Shown piece by piece: positions 48,238 through 57,543 of a stretch of 64,000 nt of DNA. A program made the position numbers and the translations under genes. Source of the stretch: a virus. Location of the stretch: positions 39,696 through 103,695 of the IMG/VR virus record IMGVR_UViG_3300032304_000672; one strand, 5' to 3'. The notes beneath the pieces were generated by a model. The model saw nothing but the letters and a program-made list of their open reading frames with translations. It did not search any database and was not told the DNA's origin. Every line of letters starts with the position of its first letter. Positions within the stretch are counted from its first letter, which is position 1.

Positions 48238-48281
48238 TACAGGGCTAGTCTATTGACTAGCCCTGTAATATTTGTTAGAAT
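48238..48281 (+). promoter_or_regulatory. Perfect 13-bp inverted repeat overlapping promoter TTGACT-17-TAGAAT
   Basis: tacagggctagtc-tatt-gactagccctgta; -35 at 48253-58, -10 at 48276-81, ATG at 48288. Confidence 0.7.
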
Positions 48282-48287
48282 AACAAT

Positions 48288-48494
48288 ATGATCTCATACG
48301 AAATACCAGACCCATTTCAAACCTTTGTCTCTAATAAGTATAAAGACTATAAAGGAATGGTATACGATTTCTTCGCTAAAGAATGGTATTTAAAGGCTGC
48401 ATGTTGCGGAGAAGATTTATATGCACCAAATAAAAAGACTATGAATAAGATAAGACTTTATCATACAAGAAATGAATGCATGGGCGGATATTAA
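48288..48494 (+). CDS. Small Cys/His protein
   Basis: ACCG...H.R..C; leaderless start; TAATG overlap with dnaE. Confidence 0.65.
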   Translation: MISYEIPDPFQTFVSNKYKDYKGMVYDFFAKEWYLKAACCGEDLYAPNKKTMNKIRLYHTRNECMGGY

Positions 48495-51400
48495 TGAGCT
48501 TTACACACCTACACGTTCACTCCTATTATTCGTTAATGGATGGACTGAATTCTCCTAAAGAATTATGTCAGGCTGCCTTAGATGCAGGTCAGACAGCAAT
48601 TGCAATTACAGATCATGGAACATTATCGTCACACCGTGAAATGCAGATTGCTGCAAAAGAATTGGGCATCAAGCCAATCCTTGGAGTAGAAGCGTACATA
48701 TCACCTACAGATAGATTTGATCGCTCCTCTAAAACAGATAAGTCGATTCAGGCTTACAACCATATCATCTTGCTGGCTAAGAATAAAAAGGGTCTAGAAA
48801 ATATAAACATACTACAGGAGCTTGCATGGAACGAAGGCTTTTATCATAAGCCACGTATTGACAGAGAGGTTTTAAAAGAATATGCAGAAGGTATTATTGT
48901 TCTTTCTGGTTGCCTTAATGGACTTATTTCTAAAGCTATTGAAAAGGGCGAGTTTTCAGAGGCCAAGAATATACTCAAAGATTTTAGTAAGACTTTTGGT
49001 GACGACTTTTACATTGAGGTGCAATCTCATAATCCGCATGAAATAAATTCAAAGCTACTTGAGTTAGCAGATGAGCTTAAAATTAAGGCGGTGGCAACAG
49101 GAGATGCACACTTTGCCAAGGAAGAAGACCGTATATTAGAAGAGGCTATGCTTATTCTATCAACATCCCCTAAGTCTGACAAAGATGCAGACTTCGATAT
49201 GTCTAGAAATATAAAGGATATGTTAGATAGATTTAATTATCTTTATCCAGATAGAAAGATATCATTCGTAGACTATAATTTATTTATCCAGACTAGGGAT
49301 GAGATTGAGGCTGACTTTAATAAGGTTGGAATTACTCGCAAGGATATCTACGATAATACTATGGAGATAGCCGATAAAATTGGAGAATACGATTTTAACA
49401 GTGGTTTAGACCTACTTCCTGTCCCTAAGACCAATGCTGATAAAAAGCTTGGCGAAATGGCCTTAGAAGGCCTTAGAAGGCTAAACCTATCAGATGATCA
49501 GGTCTACTTAGACAGGCTTGATGAAGAGTTATCTATAATTAAAGATAAATCATTTGCTTCATACTTCTTAGTGGTAGCAGATATGATTAACTGGGCTAAA
49601 GAGAATAATATTATGGTTGGGCCTGGTCGTGGTTCCGCCGCTGGCTCCCTTGTCTGTTATGCCCTAGGCATTACAGATGTAGATCCAATTAAATATGACC
49701 TGCTATTCTTCCGATTTATTAATCCAGAACGTAACGATTTTCCAGATATTGATACAGACTTTGAAGATCGTCGCCGCAAAGAGGTTAAGGATTACCTAAA
49801 GAAAAAGTTTAAGCACGTTGCTTCTATTTCCACCTACACTTATTTTAAAGATAAGGGTGTAATTAGAGATGCTGCTCGTGTATTCATGGTTCCGCTGTCT
49901 GATGTTAATCGTGCAATGAAATCAATTGATACATTTGAAGACTTTATGGACTCTCCAAATACAAAAGAATTTAGAATGAAGTATCCAGAAGTTGTTTGGT
50001 TGTCAGAAAGATTACGTGGCAAGATTCGAAGCGTAGGAGTACACGCTGCTGGAGTTGTGGTTGCTAAAGATGATATTAGAAAGTTTGCCCCAGTAGAATC
50101 TCGTGCAGATGCTAGCGATGATGTGTCAGGAAGAATTCCAGTCGTCGCATACGATATGGATACGGTTGCAGATATAGGTCTTATTAAGCTAGATGCACTA
50201 GGTCTTAAGACTTTATCTGTGATCTCAGATACAATTAAATCAATTAAAGATAGAAGCGGAAAGGCAATTAATCTTTCTAGCCTTCCTCTAGACGATCCAA
50301 AAGTTTATAAGACATTAAGCGAAGGATATACTAAAGGCGTATTTCAAGCAGAAGCAACTCCTTATACAAACCTATTGATTAAAATGGGTGTAAGCGTATT
50401 TGAAGATCTCGCTGCGTCAAATGCTTTGGTTCGTCCAGGAGCTATGAATACGGTAGGAGCATCATATATTAAAAGAAAGCATGGTCAGGAAGCAGTTCAA
50501 TATATTCATCCAATCATGAAGCCTTTTACTGAAAACACATATGGTGTTATTATATATCAAGAGCAGGTTATGCAGGCTTGCGTACACTTGGGTGGAATGA
50601 CATGGTCAGAGGCTGACAAGGTCCGTAAGATTATTGGAAAGAAAAAGGATGCAAAAGAATTTGACGAGTTCAAAGATAGGTTTATTGTTGGGGCTTCAAA
50701 ACACATTAGTAAGAAGCAGGCGGAAACGTTATGGCATACTTTCGAGGCTCACGCTGGGTATTCTTTTAATCGTTCCCATGCTGTTGCTTACTCTATGCTC
50801 TCTTACTATACTGCTTGGCTCAAGACTTATTATCCTTTGGAATTTATGTTCTCGATTCTTAAAAACGAAAATGACAAAGATGTTCGTACGGAATATCTAA
50901 TTGAGGCTAAAAGACTTGGGCTTAAAGTATTGCTGCCTCACATTAACGAATCTGATATTTACTTTTCTTTGCAGAAAGACGCTATTAGATTTGGATTAGC
51001 AGAAGTTAAATTTATTTCTGACAGCATAGCAAATAAGATTATGGACAACAGGCCTTTCTTAAACTATAAAGAGTTTATTGAAAAGTCTTCTAAAAAGGGA
51101 AGTGGAATTAATAGTAGAGCTATAGCGGCTCTTAATGCCATCGGAGCTGCTGCATTTGAGGATAATCCTAGAGAAGGTAATGAGAAAGACAACTATTATG
51201 AGTATCTTGGAATACCTACATTTAACCTAGACCTTCCACCAAGAATTAAAACACAAGCAAAACCAATCTCAGAGTTTGATGATTTAGGATCATTTGTTAT
51301 GTTTGGTATGGCTAAATCTATTAAAAGAGGTAATGGCTGGGCTAGAATTGAATTAGTAGATGAGACTGGATCGATAGGTTTATTTCATAACGAACAGACT

Positions 51401-51760
51401 CCAATTGAAACAAATCAAATGTATTTTATTCTAGTTGGAGATAATAGAATTGCAAGATATGTGAAGGTTCAAGATATTAATCCTCAGTCTAAAGACTCAT
51501 TCGTAGACTACCTTTATAGGAAAGAGTACGACCTTGAAGAAAACCAGTATCATGTGGTAGACTTTACACCTTATAAGACAAAGGCTGGCAAAACAATGGC
51601 ACATATTGTAATGTCAGATAAAGATAAAAATTTAACTAGAGCTATTGTTTTCTCTAGTATGTATAAAATTGCCTTAGCAAAAATGCGTGAGGGAATGAAA
51701 TGTCAGGTTGTTTTGTCTAAATTAGATGACGGCACCTTGATGGTTAAGGAAATAAAATGA
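48494..51760 (+). CDS. dnaE: DNA polymerase III alpha subunit (family C); start likely 48494
   Basis: PHP domain HLHVHS/TDHG/GDAH, GRGSAAGSLV.Y, RF.NPER..FPDIDTD, KLD.LGL, YSFN.SH. Confidence 0.96.
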   Translation: MSFTHLHVHSYYSLMDGLNSPKELCQAALDAGQTAIAITDHGTLSSHREMQIAAKELGIKPILGVEAYISPTDRFDRSSKTDKSIQAYNHIILLAKNKKGLENINILQELAWNEGFYHKPRIDREVLKEYAEGIIVLSGCLNGLISKAIEKGEFSEAKNILKDFSKTFGDDFYIEVQSHNPHEINSKLLELADELKIKAVATGDAHFAKEEDRILEEAMLILSTSPKSDKDADFDMSRNIKDMLDRFNYLYPDRKISFVDYNLFIQTRDEIEADFNKVGITRKDIYDNTMEIADKIGEYDFNSGLDLLPVPKTNADKKLGEMALEGLRRLNLSDDQVYLDRLDEELSIIKDKSFASYFLVVADMINWAKENNIMVGPGRGSAAGSLVCYALGITDVDPIKYDLLFFRFINPERNDFPDIDTDFEDRRRKEVKDYLKKKFKHVASISTYTYFKDKGVIRDAARVFMVPLSDVNRAMKSIDTFEDFMDSPNTKEFRMKYPEVVWLSERLRGKIRSVGVHAAGVVVAKDDIRKFAPVESRADASDDVSGRIPVVAYDMDTVADIGLIKLDALGLKTLSVISDTIKSIKDRSGKAINLSSLPLDDPKVYKTLSEGYTKGVFQAEATPYTNLLIKMGVSVFEDLAASNALVRPGAMNTVGASYIKRKHGQEAVQYIHPIMKPFTENTYGVIIYQEQVMQACVHLGGMTWSEADKVRKIIGKKKDAKEFDEFKDRFIVGASKHISKKQAETLWHTFEAHAGYSFNRSHAVAYSMLSYYTAWLKTYYPLEFMFSILKNENDKDVRTEYLIEAKRLGLKVLLPHINESDIYFSLQKDAIRFGLAEVKFISDSIANKIMDNRPFLNYKEFIEKSSKKGSGINSRAIAALNAIGAAAFEDNPREGNEKDNYYEYLGIPTFNLDLPPRIKTQAKPISEFDDLGSFVMFGMAKSIKRGNGWARIELVDETGSIGLFHNEQTPIETNQMYFILVGDNRIARYVKVQDINPQSKDSFVDYLYRKEYDLEENQYHVVDFTPYKTKAGKTMAHIVMSDKDKNLTRAIVFSSMYKIALAKMREGMKCQVVLSKLDDGTLMVKEIK

Positions 51761-51960
51761 CAGAAGATATCGAAGGCTTAGTTACTTCTATAAGTATAAA
51801 TCAGGTCCTAGTCGCAGTGCTTGAAGAATATGGCAGGCTTACCGTTCCAACTCTTAAATTTTTAGAGTCGAAGGCGGAAGAAAAAGAATTAGTTATTGAT
51901 TATGATGAGAATGGTCCATCATTTACATTTAGTTTAAGGGATAAGAATGAACAGCAATGA
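51757..51960 (+). CDS. Hypothetical protein
   Basis: ATGA overlap; 67 aa. Confidence 0.6.
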   Translation: MTEDIEGLVTSISINQVLVAVLEEYGRLTVPTLKFLESKAEEKELVIDYDENGPSFTFSLRDKNEQQ

Positions 51961-52294
51961 TATTCTAGTAGAATACGGACTAGATGCATTAGCGGCAACG
52001 CTTCACGAAACAGCAAAAGAAAAAGGGTTTTGGGATGGAGAGTATTCTCATGACAAGATTGGAAACAAGCTTGCCCTAGTACATTCAGAAGTTACTGAGG
52101 TGTTAGAGGCAATTAGAAAAAGTCACGGATCTGAAAAGATAGTTGAAGAAATGGCAGATGTTATTATTCGTCTTCTAGATGTTTATGCAGCCATGAGAAA
52201 TGAAGAGCAAATTCTACATAGTCTTGATGAAGTATTAGAGGCTAAGATAAATAAAAATAAAGAGCGACCAAGACTTCACGGCAACCTTTTTTAA
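51947..52294 (+). CDS. MazG-like NTP pyrophosphohydrolase
   Basis: LALVHSEVTEVLEA.RK...EEMADVIIR.LD...K...N..R. Confidence 0.85.
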   Translation: MNSNDILVEYGLDALAATLHETAKEKGFWDGEYSHDKIGNKLALVHSEVTEVLEAIRKSHGSEKIVEEMADVIIRLLDVYAAMRNEEQILHSLDEVLEAKINKNKERPRLHGNLF

Positions 52295-52327
52295 TGATAT
52301 AATTAGCAGAGAGAAGAAAGAATAATA

Positions 52328-53332
52328 ATGGAAATTTTATTAGATGATATATTAGCAAAACTAGATCCAAAAACAAGAGCAAGAGTCCAGTCAGCACAGA
52401 ACGTAACAGTAGATCGTCAACCAACGCCAAGCATTGGTCTTAATTTAGCCTTGCGTGGCGGACTTGGATATGGTCGTCAGGTTATGGTTTGGGGAAATAA
52501 GTCTGCTGGTAAATCTTCTTTCTGCTTACAGATGATTGCAATTGCACAAAAAGAAGGAAAGACTTGTGCATGGATTGACGCAGAAGATTCATACGATCAG
52601 GTATGGGCAGAGTCTTTGGGAGTTAATTCAGCCTCATTGATTCACTCAAAGGTAAAAACAATAAATGACATGGTTGATGTTTCAACTAAGTTGATGGATG
52701 CTGGCGTAGATATTATTGTAGTAGACTCTATATCCGCATTATTGCCAGCCATCTATTTTGAAAAAGATGGAAATGAATTAAAAGATCTGCAAGACACTAA
52801 GCAGATTGGCGCTGAAGCAAAGGATATGACACACGCAGTCAAGATGTTAAATTATGCAAACAAAAACACACTACTTGTTCTCATCTCACAACAACGAAAT
52901 CAATTTGGATCTATGCATGCTAGTCACATCCCCACAGGTGGAATGGCAGTCAAGTTCTTTTCTTCCACGGTCATTAAGTTATGGTCGTCTGAAGCTGAGG
53001 CTAATGCTATTAAGGCTGGCGTTAAAGTTGGCGACAAGATTATCGAACAAAGAGTCGGCAGACCAGTTAACTGGATTGTTGATTACAACAAACTCGGCCC
53101 CCCTAATTTATCGGGACAGTACGACTTTTATTACCAAGGGGACACTCTCGGTATAGATGCCGTAGGAGAAACATTAGATGTTGCAGAAATGTGTGGCATC
53201 GTAGAAAAAGGTGGAGCATGGTATACAGTAAATGGAGAACGTTTTCAAGGACGTGCAAAGGCTGTAGCATATTTAAGGGCAAATCCAGATGTTGTAGACA
53301 GCTTAATCGGAGAAATAAATGCCAAATCTTAA
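52328..53332 (+). CDS. recA: RecA/UvsX-like recombinase
   Basis: GNKSAGKS, WIDAE, IVVDSI, ISQ.R, TGG.AVKF, GAWY; TGaTATAAT upstream. Confidence 0.93.
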   Translation: MEILLDDILAKLDPKTRARVQSAQNVTVDRQPTPSIGLNLALRGGLGYGRQVMVWGNKSAGKSSFCLQMIAIAQKEGKTCAWIDAEDSYDQVWAESLGVNSASLIHSKVKTINDMVDVSTKLMDAGVDIIVVDSISALLPAIYFEKDGNELKDLQDTKQIGAEAKDMTHAVKMLNYANKNTLLVLISQQRNQFGSMHASHIPTGGMAVKFFSSTVIKLWSSEAEANAIKAGVKVGDKIIEQRVGRPVNWIVDYNKLGPPNLSGQYDFYYQGDTLGIDAVGETLDVAEMCGIVEKGGAWYTVNGERFQGRAKAVAYLRANPDVVDSLIGEINAKS

Positions 53333-53507
53333 TGAATTTTTTAATCAAAAAATTGATCAAAAGGAATATGACCTAGAAAAGATTCCAGGTCTCAGAGCAT
53401 GTGATAAATGTGATGAAAATGTTAACGGAGCAACCTGGGATCCAATAGAGTTAGTAATGTCTTGGAGATGTTCCAAGGGACACGAAACAGTTTTTAAGGT
53501 TAAATAA
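53319..53507 (+). CDS. Small Zn-ribbon protein
   Basis: CDKC...C.KGH. Confidence 0.6.
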   Translation: MPNLNEFFNQKIDQKEYDLEKIPGLRACDKCDENVNGATWDPIELVMSWRCSKGHETVFKVK

Positions 53508-53821
53508 TGTCAGAAAGATCTGAAGTTAAAAGAGATAACGCTAAGGCACAAAAAAATAGTGGTCGTGGTGATTATCAAAAAGGTGATGCTAAATGGAATC
53601 AGTTTTTGGTGGACTATAAAGAAGCATCATCTTCTTTTACTTTGAATAAGCCAGTATGGTCTAAGATATGTACCGACACATTTAAGGTTAGCAGAGATAT
53701 GCATCCAGCATTAAAGATTATTATTGGAACTGAGTCTAAAGTTAGACTCGGTATTATTGAGTGGGCAGTACTAGAAGAACTGATCCAATTCTGGGAGGAT
53801 AACAATGGCGAACAAGCGTAG
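53507..53821 (+). CDS. PD-(D/E)xK nuclease, Holliday-junction resolvase-like
   Basis: NSGRG...KGDA.....LVDYKE...SFTLN..VW.KI. Confidence 0.7.
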   Translation: MSERSEVKRDNAKAQKNSGRGDYQKGDAKWNQFLVDYKEASSSFTLNKPVWSKICTDTFKVSRDMHPALKIIIGTESKVRLGIIEWAVLEELIQFWEDNNGEQA

Positions 53822-53933
53822 GTTTAACGATACCATTATTAGGAATGGAATGATTATAAAGATTCGTAAAGATGGAACAGTAAGATCAGTAGTTGGTCCA
53901 TATATAGTAAATCATAAAAAGGCAAAGCAATGA
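53805..53933 (+). CDS. 42-aa basic protein (not in ORF track)
   Basis: GGAGG then ATG; MANKRRFNDTIIRNGMIIKIRKDGTVRSVVGPYIVNHKKAKQ*. Confidence 0.6.
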   Translation: MANKRRFNDTIIRNGMIIKIRKDGTVRSVVGPYIVNHKKAKQ

Positions 53934-54034
53934 CAATGTTTTTGCTAGGTATAATGTTGGGTTTTGTTATCGGATATGGTTTGGGTTTATTTATAGATAA
54001 GATAGATAAGAGGATAAAAAATGGCAGACGATAA
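53930..54034 (+). CDS. 34-aa single-pass membrane peptide (not in ORF track)
   Basis: MTMFLLGIMLGFVIGYGLGLFIDKIDKRIKNGRR*; ATGA overlap; fills the gap. Confidence 0.55.
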   Translation: MTMFLLGIMLGFVIGYGLGLFIDKIDKRIKNGRR

Positions 54035-54359
54035 GAATACATTAGAGTTAATTAGCTCTATCACAGAGTTCAATGACTTGCATGAGTATATGGGCGACGA
54101 TCAATTAGACAAAGCCCTTGCGATTGTAGTAAAGTTATTGATGAATCCAGATGTTCCTTCAGCCAAGGCTCCGTATTTAATTATCGAGCTTCAGGCTATG
54201 TCTACTAAGTTTTCAATGATGGCATCTTATTATTCCACCATTGCTAAGGATAAGGCTGGCACCACAAACAATAACAAGAAGAACATTTACTATTCAGCAA
54301 AGGAGTCCATAGACAAACTTGTAGATGCACTTAAGTATGTCGTTAGGTACAATTCATAG
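54021..54359 (+). CDS. Conserved hypothetical helical protein
   Basis: 112-aa ORF, GAGG SD, coupled to the next gene. Confidence 0.65.
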   Translation: MADDKNTLELISSITEFNDLHEYMGDDQLDKALAIVVKLLMNPDVPSAKAPYLIIELQAMSTKFSMMASYYSTIAKDKAGTTNNNKKNIYYSAKESIDKLVDALKYVVRYNS

Positions 54360-55150
54360 TGGGTAGAGATATAGTAAAGAACCTTAAGTTTAAGAAGCAT
54401 ACTGGTAAATTTTTTGACCCAGAGCTTTTTGCACAATTGCTTGACGAGTCCTACCGAAATACTAAACGTGCAGACGGAGAAATGACCAAGAAGTCTTTCA
54501 GCCCAAGCTCCCTTGGTTACGGTCATGGAACATGCCCAAGATACTGGTATATGGCTTTTAGTGGAGCAATGTTTATCGATGATAATGATGCCGTAGCAGT
54601 TGCTAATATGGCTCAGGGAACACAGGCTCACGAACGTTTGCAAAAACTTATTGCAACTATGCCACAGTTTAAGGCTGAAGAAGAAGAAATTATTAATGAG
54701 TATCCACCGATCAGGGGCTTCATAGACCTTATTATGGAATACGATGGTGAAACAGTAATTGGTGAAATTAAAACGGCTAAGCAGGAAGTTTGGGATGCTC
54801 GTCAATCTGAAATGAAGCCTACTCCAAACCACATGCTTCAGTTGCTTACATACATGAAGATGAAGAATGCCAAAGAAGGGTTTTTCCTTTATGAGAATAA
54901 GAATACGCAAGAGCTAATCGTTATTCCAATTTCCATGAATGAAAAAAATACTAAGATTATTGAAGATACTTTTACTTGGATGTGCGAAGTTTGGGATAAC
55001 TTTCAAGACGGTGATCTTCCAATGAGACCAGAAGGCTCTTCGAAGTCCAAGATGCCTTGCACATACTGTCCAATTAAAAAAGAATGTTACAGTAAAGACA
55101 CTCCAGTTGGCACTGTTCAGATAGAGTTGTTTGCGGTTCCAAAAGTATGA
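54359..55150 (+). CDS. Cas4-like PD-(D/E)xK exonuclease
   Basis: SPSS...CPR.W; GFIDL....GEIKT; Q...Y; C..CP....C (1+3 Cys Fe-S pattern). Confidence 0.85.
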   Translation: MGRDIVKNLKFKKHTGKFFDPELFAQLLDESYRNTKRADGEMTKKSFSPSSLGYGHGTCPRYWYMAFSGAMFIDDNDAVAVANMAQGTQAHERLQKLIATMPQFKAEEEEIINEYPPIRGFIDLIMEYDGETVIGEIKTAKQEVWDARQSEMKPTPNHMLQLLTYMKMKNAKEGFFLYENKNTQELIVIPISMNEKNTKIIEDTFTWMCEVWDNFQDGDLPMRPEGSSKSKMPCTYCPIKKECYSKDTPVGTVQIELFAVPKV

Positions 55151-55425
55151 TCTGTGCAAATAAAGAGTGCGCTAAAGACTTCGAGCCTAAGACTCATAAT
55201 CAAAAGTATTGCACAGATGAATGCTGCCGTGTTGCTACCAACAGAAGAATTATGGAAAAGTATTACGAAAAAAAGGCTATTAGAAATGGTGCTGCTCGTG
55301 GATGTAAAAAGTGTGGCGCACAACTAAGCAGATATAATGACACTCCACTATGTGCTTCCTGCCAGAAAAAAATAGATATAACAAAAAGAAATAAAATTGT
55401 GGGGATGCTAGATGAAATTAGCTGA
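55147..55425 (+). CDS. Cys-rich zinc-finger protein
   Basis: C....C, YC...CC, CKKC, CASC. Confidence 0.65.
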   Translation: MICANKECAKDFEPKTHNQKYCTDECCRVATNRRIMEKYYEKKAIRNGAARGCKKCGAQLSRYNDTPLCASCQKKIDITKRNKIVGMLDEIS

Positions 55426-55978
55426 GCTTGTAAAGACTAAGGCCAACAGGGTATTAGGAATAGACGCCTCTACTAATTCTGTTGCATTTTGTTTAATGGA
55501 AAATGACAAGCCATTAAAGTGGGGTAAGATAGAGTTTACTGGTGCCGATATATATGAAAAAATATATGATGCTAAAGTAAAGATGCACGTTATGTTAGAT
55601 CAACTTAAGAGTGATTATATTGCTGTAGAGGGAGCTATTCTTGTAAGATCACCTGATGCTGTGATAAAATTGTCTTATGTATATGGAGTTGTTATTGCTG
55701 AGCTTATGTCTACTGGTGCTAAAGTTATTACTATTAGCCCTTCCGCATGGCAGGCATACATTGGCAACAAGAATCCAACAAAAGATGAGAAGTCTGGAAT
55801 AAGGCTAGCTAATCCAGGCTACGCAGATTCCTGGTATAAAAATAAGTTAAGAAATATGCGTAAGCAAAGAACAGTAGATTACTTTAATAATAAGTATAAT
55901 TTATCAGTAACAGATTTTGACGTAGCAGATGCATTCGGCATTGCTCATTATGCTAATAAGGTGTTGACGGAACGATGA
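55412..55978 (+). CDS. RuvC-like Holliday junction resolvase
   Basis: VLGIDAST, IAVEG, D.ADA.GIA. Confidence 0.85.
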   Translation: MKLAELVKTKANRVLGIDASTNSVAFCLMENDKPLKWGKIEFTGADIYEKIYDAKVKMHVMLDQLKSDYIAVEGAILVRSPDAVIKLSYVYGVVIAELMSTGAKVITISPSAWQAYIGNKNPTKDEKSGIRLANPGYADSWYKNKLRNMRKQRTVDYFNNKYNLSVTDFDVADAFGIAHYANKVLTER

Positions 55979-56121
55979 AGTTATATCAGAGTCAAACATG
56001 GCTATACAGAAGATATGTAGTACAAAAGAAAACAGTAACTGAAATTGCCGATGAGTGCAAGGTCTCTGCTATGACTATACAGAGACATTTAGAAAAGTTT
56101 CAGTTAATTAAAAGGAGATAG
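55975..56121 (+). CDS. 48-aa helix-turn-helix protein (not in ORF track)
   Basis: MKLYQSQTWLYRRYVVQKKTVTEIADECKVSAMTIQRHLEKFQLIKRR*; ATGA overlap. Confidence 0.75.
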   Translation: MKLYQSQTWLYRRYVVQKKTVTEIADECKVSAMTIQRHLEKFQLIKRR

Positions 56122-56122
56122 T

Positions 56123-56881
56123 GTGAGTATAGAAAAAAAGATTTGGCAGACCTACGAAACAACTTTTGACGAATTACCAGATTACGCTAAAGAAAGCGTA
56201 GGGACATGGACTTATCAAAATCCAGAATGGACTCATGGATACATGAGTGGACAAGACAGAGAAGACTTCTTCAAGGAGCATTTTGACTCAAAGACATATG
56301 AGACATATGTTAATCTTCCTTTAGGAGTAATGAAAGCTGGTTTATGGAGATTTGCTATTCTTTATATTCACGGTGGCATATATGCAGATATGGATACACA
56401 CTGTAAGGTTCCAGTAGATACTTGGTTAAACTCTGAATACGATATGATTCTAGATATAGAAAGAGATACCCCATGGCTAGCAACTCAAACAATTGCTGCT
56501 AAAGCTGGTCACCCACTACTAAAAGCAGCTATAGATCTTTGCGTTGAAAGATGTTCTGAAGGAATTATTCAGCATAATCATATGGTTCATTACTACACTG
56601 ATGTTCAAATGTTTACTGATGCTCTTTACCGTGAACTTGGAGTAGAGCCGTATCAAAAACACATCAATGAATGGGCACCAGAGCTTATTGAAATGCCATT
56701 TCTAAAAGATAATAAAGTTTATATTTTTCACGGAGAAGATGCTAAAAGACTTCTAGATAGAGATGTGGTTCATCTATATTGGGGAGATGATAGAGAAGAA
56801 GGATGGATTGCTTGGAAAAAGGATCCTAGAGTAAACGAATCTTATCCTAATGGATTTAACCCTCACGATTGGGAAAAGTAA
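56123..56881 (+). CDS. Glycosyltransferase, GT32/OCH1-like DXD family
   Basis: IEKKIWQTY, W...NPEW, LWR.AILYIHGGIYADMD, GHPLL. Confidence 0.85.
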   Translation: MSIEKKIWQTYETTFDELPDYAKESVGTWTYQNPEWTHGYMSGQDREDFFKEHFDSKTYETYVNLPLGVMKAGLWRFAILYIHGGIYADMDTHCKVPVDTWLNSEYDMILDIERDTPWLATQTIAAKAGHPLLKAAIDLCVERCSEGIIQHNHMVHYYTDVQMFTDALYRELGVEPYQKHINEWAPELIEMPFLKDNKVYIFHGEDAKRLLDRDVVHLYWGDDREEGWIAWKKDPRVNESYPNGFNPHDWEK

Positions 56882-57543
56882 TGTCAACTATTGGAGTATT
56901 GCCAGCGTCAGGAAAAGCTTCTAGAATTGGAGGCATTCCTAAATTTTGTTTACCCATATCAGATGAAAGATCGCTTTTGCAGTGGCACGTAGAGCAAATG
57001 CTTGAAGTGTGTGATGAGGTTAGAGTTTCTACAAGAGCTGAGTGGGTTCCAATCATTCAAAATATGGATATGAATATTAAACTAATTGTTCGTGAGCCAT
57101 CAACAATGTCAGATGCAGTAAAGTTTATGGTGGGAGAATATAACGATACTGTTCTAATTGGCATGCCAGACACATATATATTAAATGCACCTGGAAATAT
57201 ATACAAGCCTTTATTTAAAGATAATACTGCTGACCTTGTTTTGGGAATTTGGGAATGCGGAGAATCTATAAAAGGCCGTGTTGGACAAGTTTTAGTATCT
57301 CAAGATAGAGTAATTGAATCAGAAGACAAAGTCGACAATTGTGATTACCCAGATATGTGGGGCACTATGCTATTCCGAAAGAATATGATAAGATACATAG
57401 ATACAGCACTAGATCATCCAGGAAAACAATTAAAGGAATGGATTTCCAAGGGTGCTAATATTAGGGCGGTAAGACCAGGCGGACATTATATGGATATTGG
57501 AACCTTAAGAGGACTTAAACAATTATACAAGGAGATGGAGTAA
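56881..57543 (+). CDS. Sugar-phosphate nucleotidyltransferase-like protein; start likely 56881
   Basis: GVLPASGKASRIGGIPKF.LPI; GMPD; YMDIGT. Confidence 0.8.
   Translation: MSTIGVLPASGKASRIGGIPKFCLPISDERSLLQWHVEQMLEVCDEVRVSTRAEWVPIIQNMDMNIKLIVREPSTMSDAVKFMVGEYNDTVLIGMPDTYILNAPGNIYKPLFKDNTADLVLGIWECGESIKGRVGQVLVSQDRVIESEDKVDNCDYPDMWGTMLFRKNMIRYIDTALDHPGKQLKEWISKGANIRAVRPGGHYMDIGTLRGLKQLYKEME

Noticed and set aside
54290-54910. 206-aa minus-strand ORF
   Set aside because: It is entirely antisense to well-supported genes and has no recognisable motifs.
54359-55150. Cas4-like gene as part of a CRISPR-Cas system
   Set aside because: No cas1/cas2 or array is in the window; solo Cas4-like nucleases are common in phage recombination modules.
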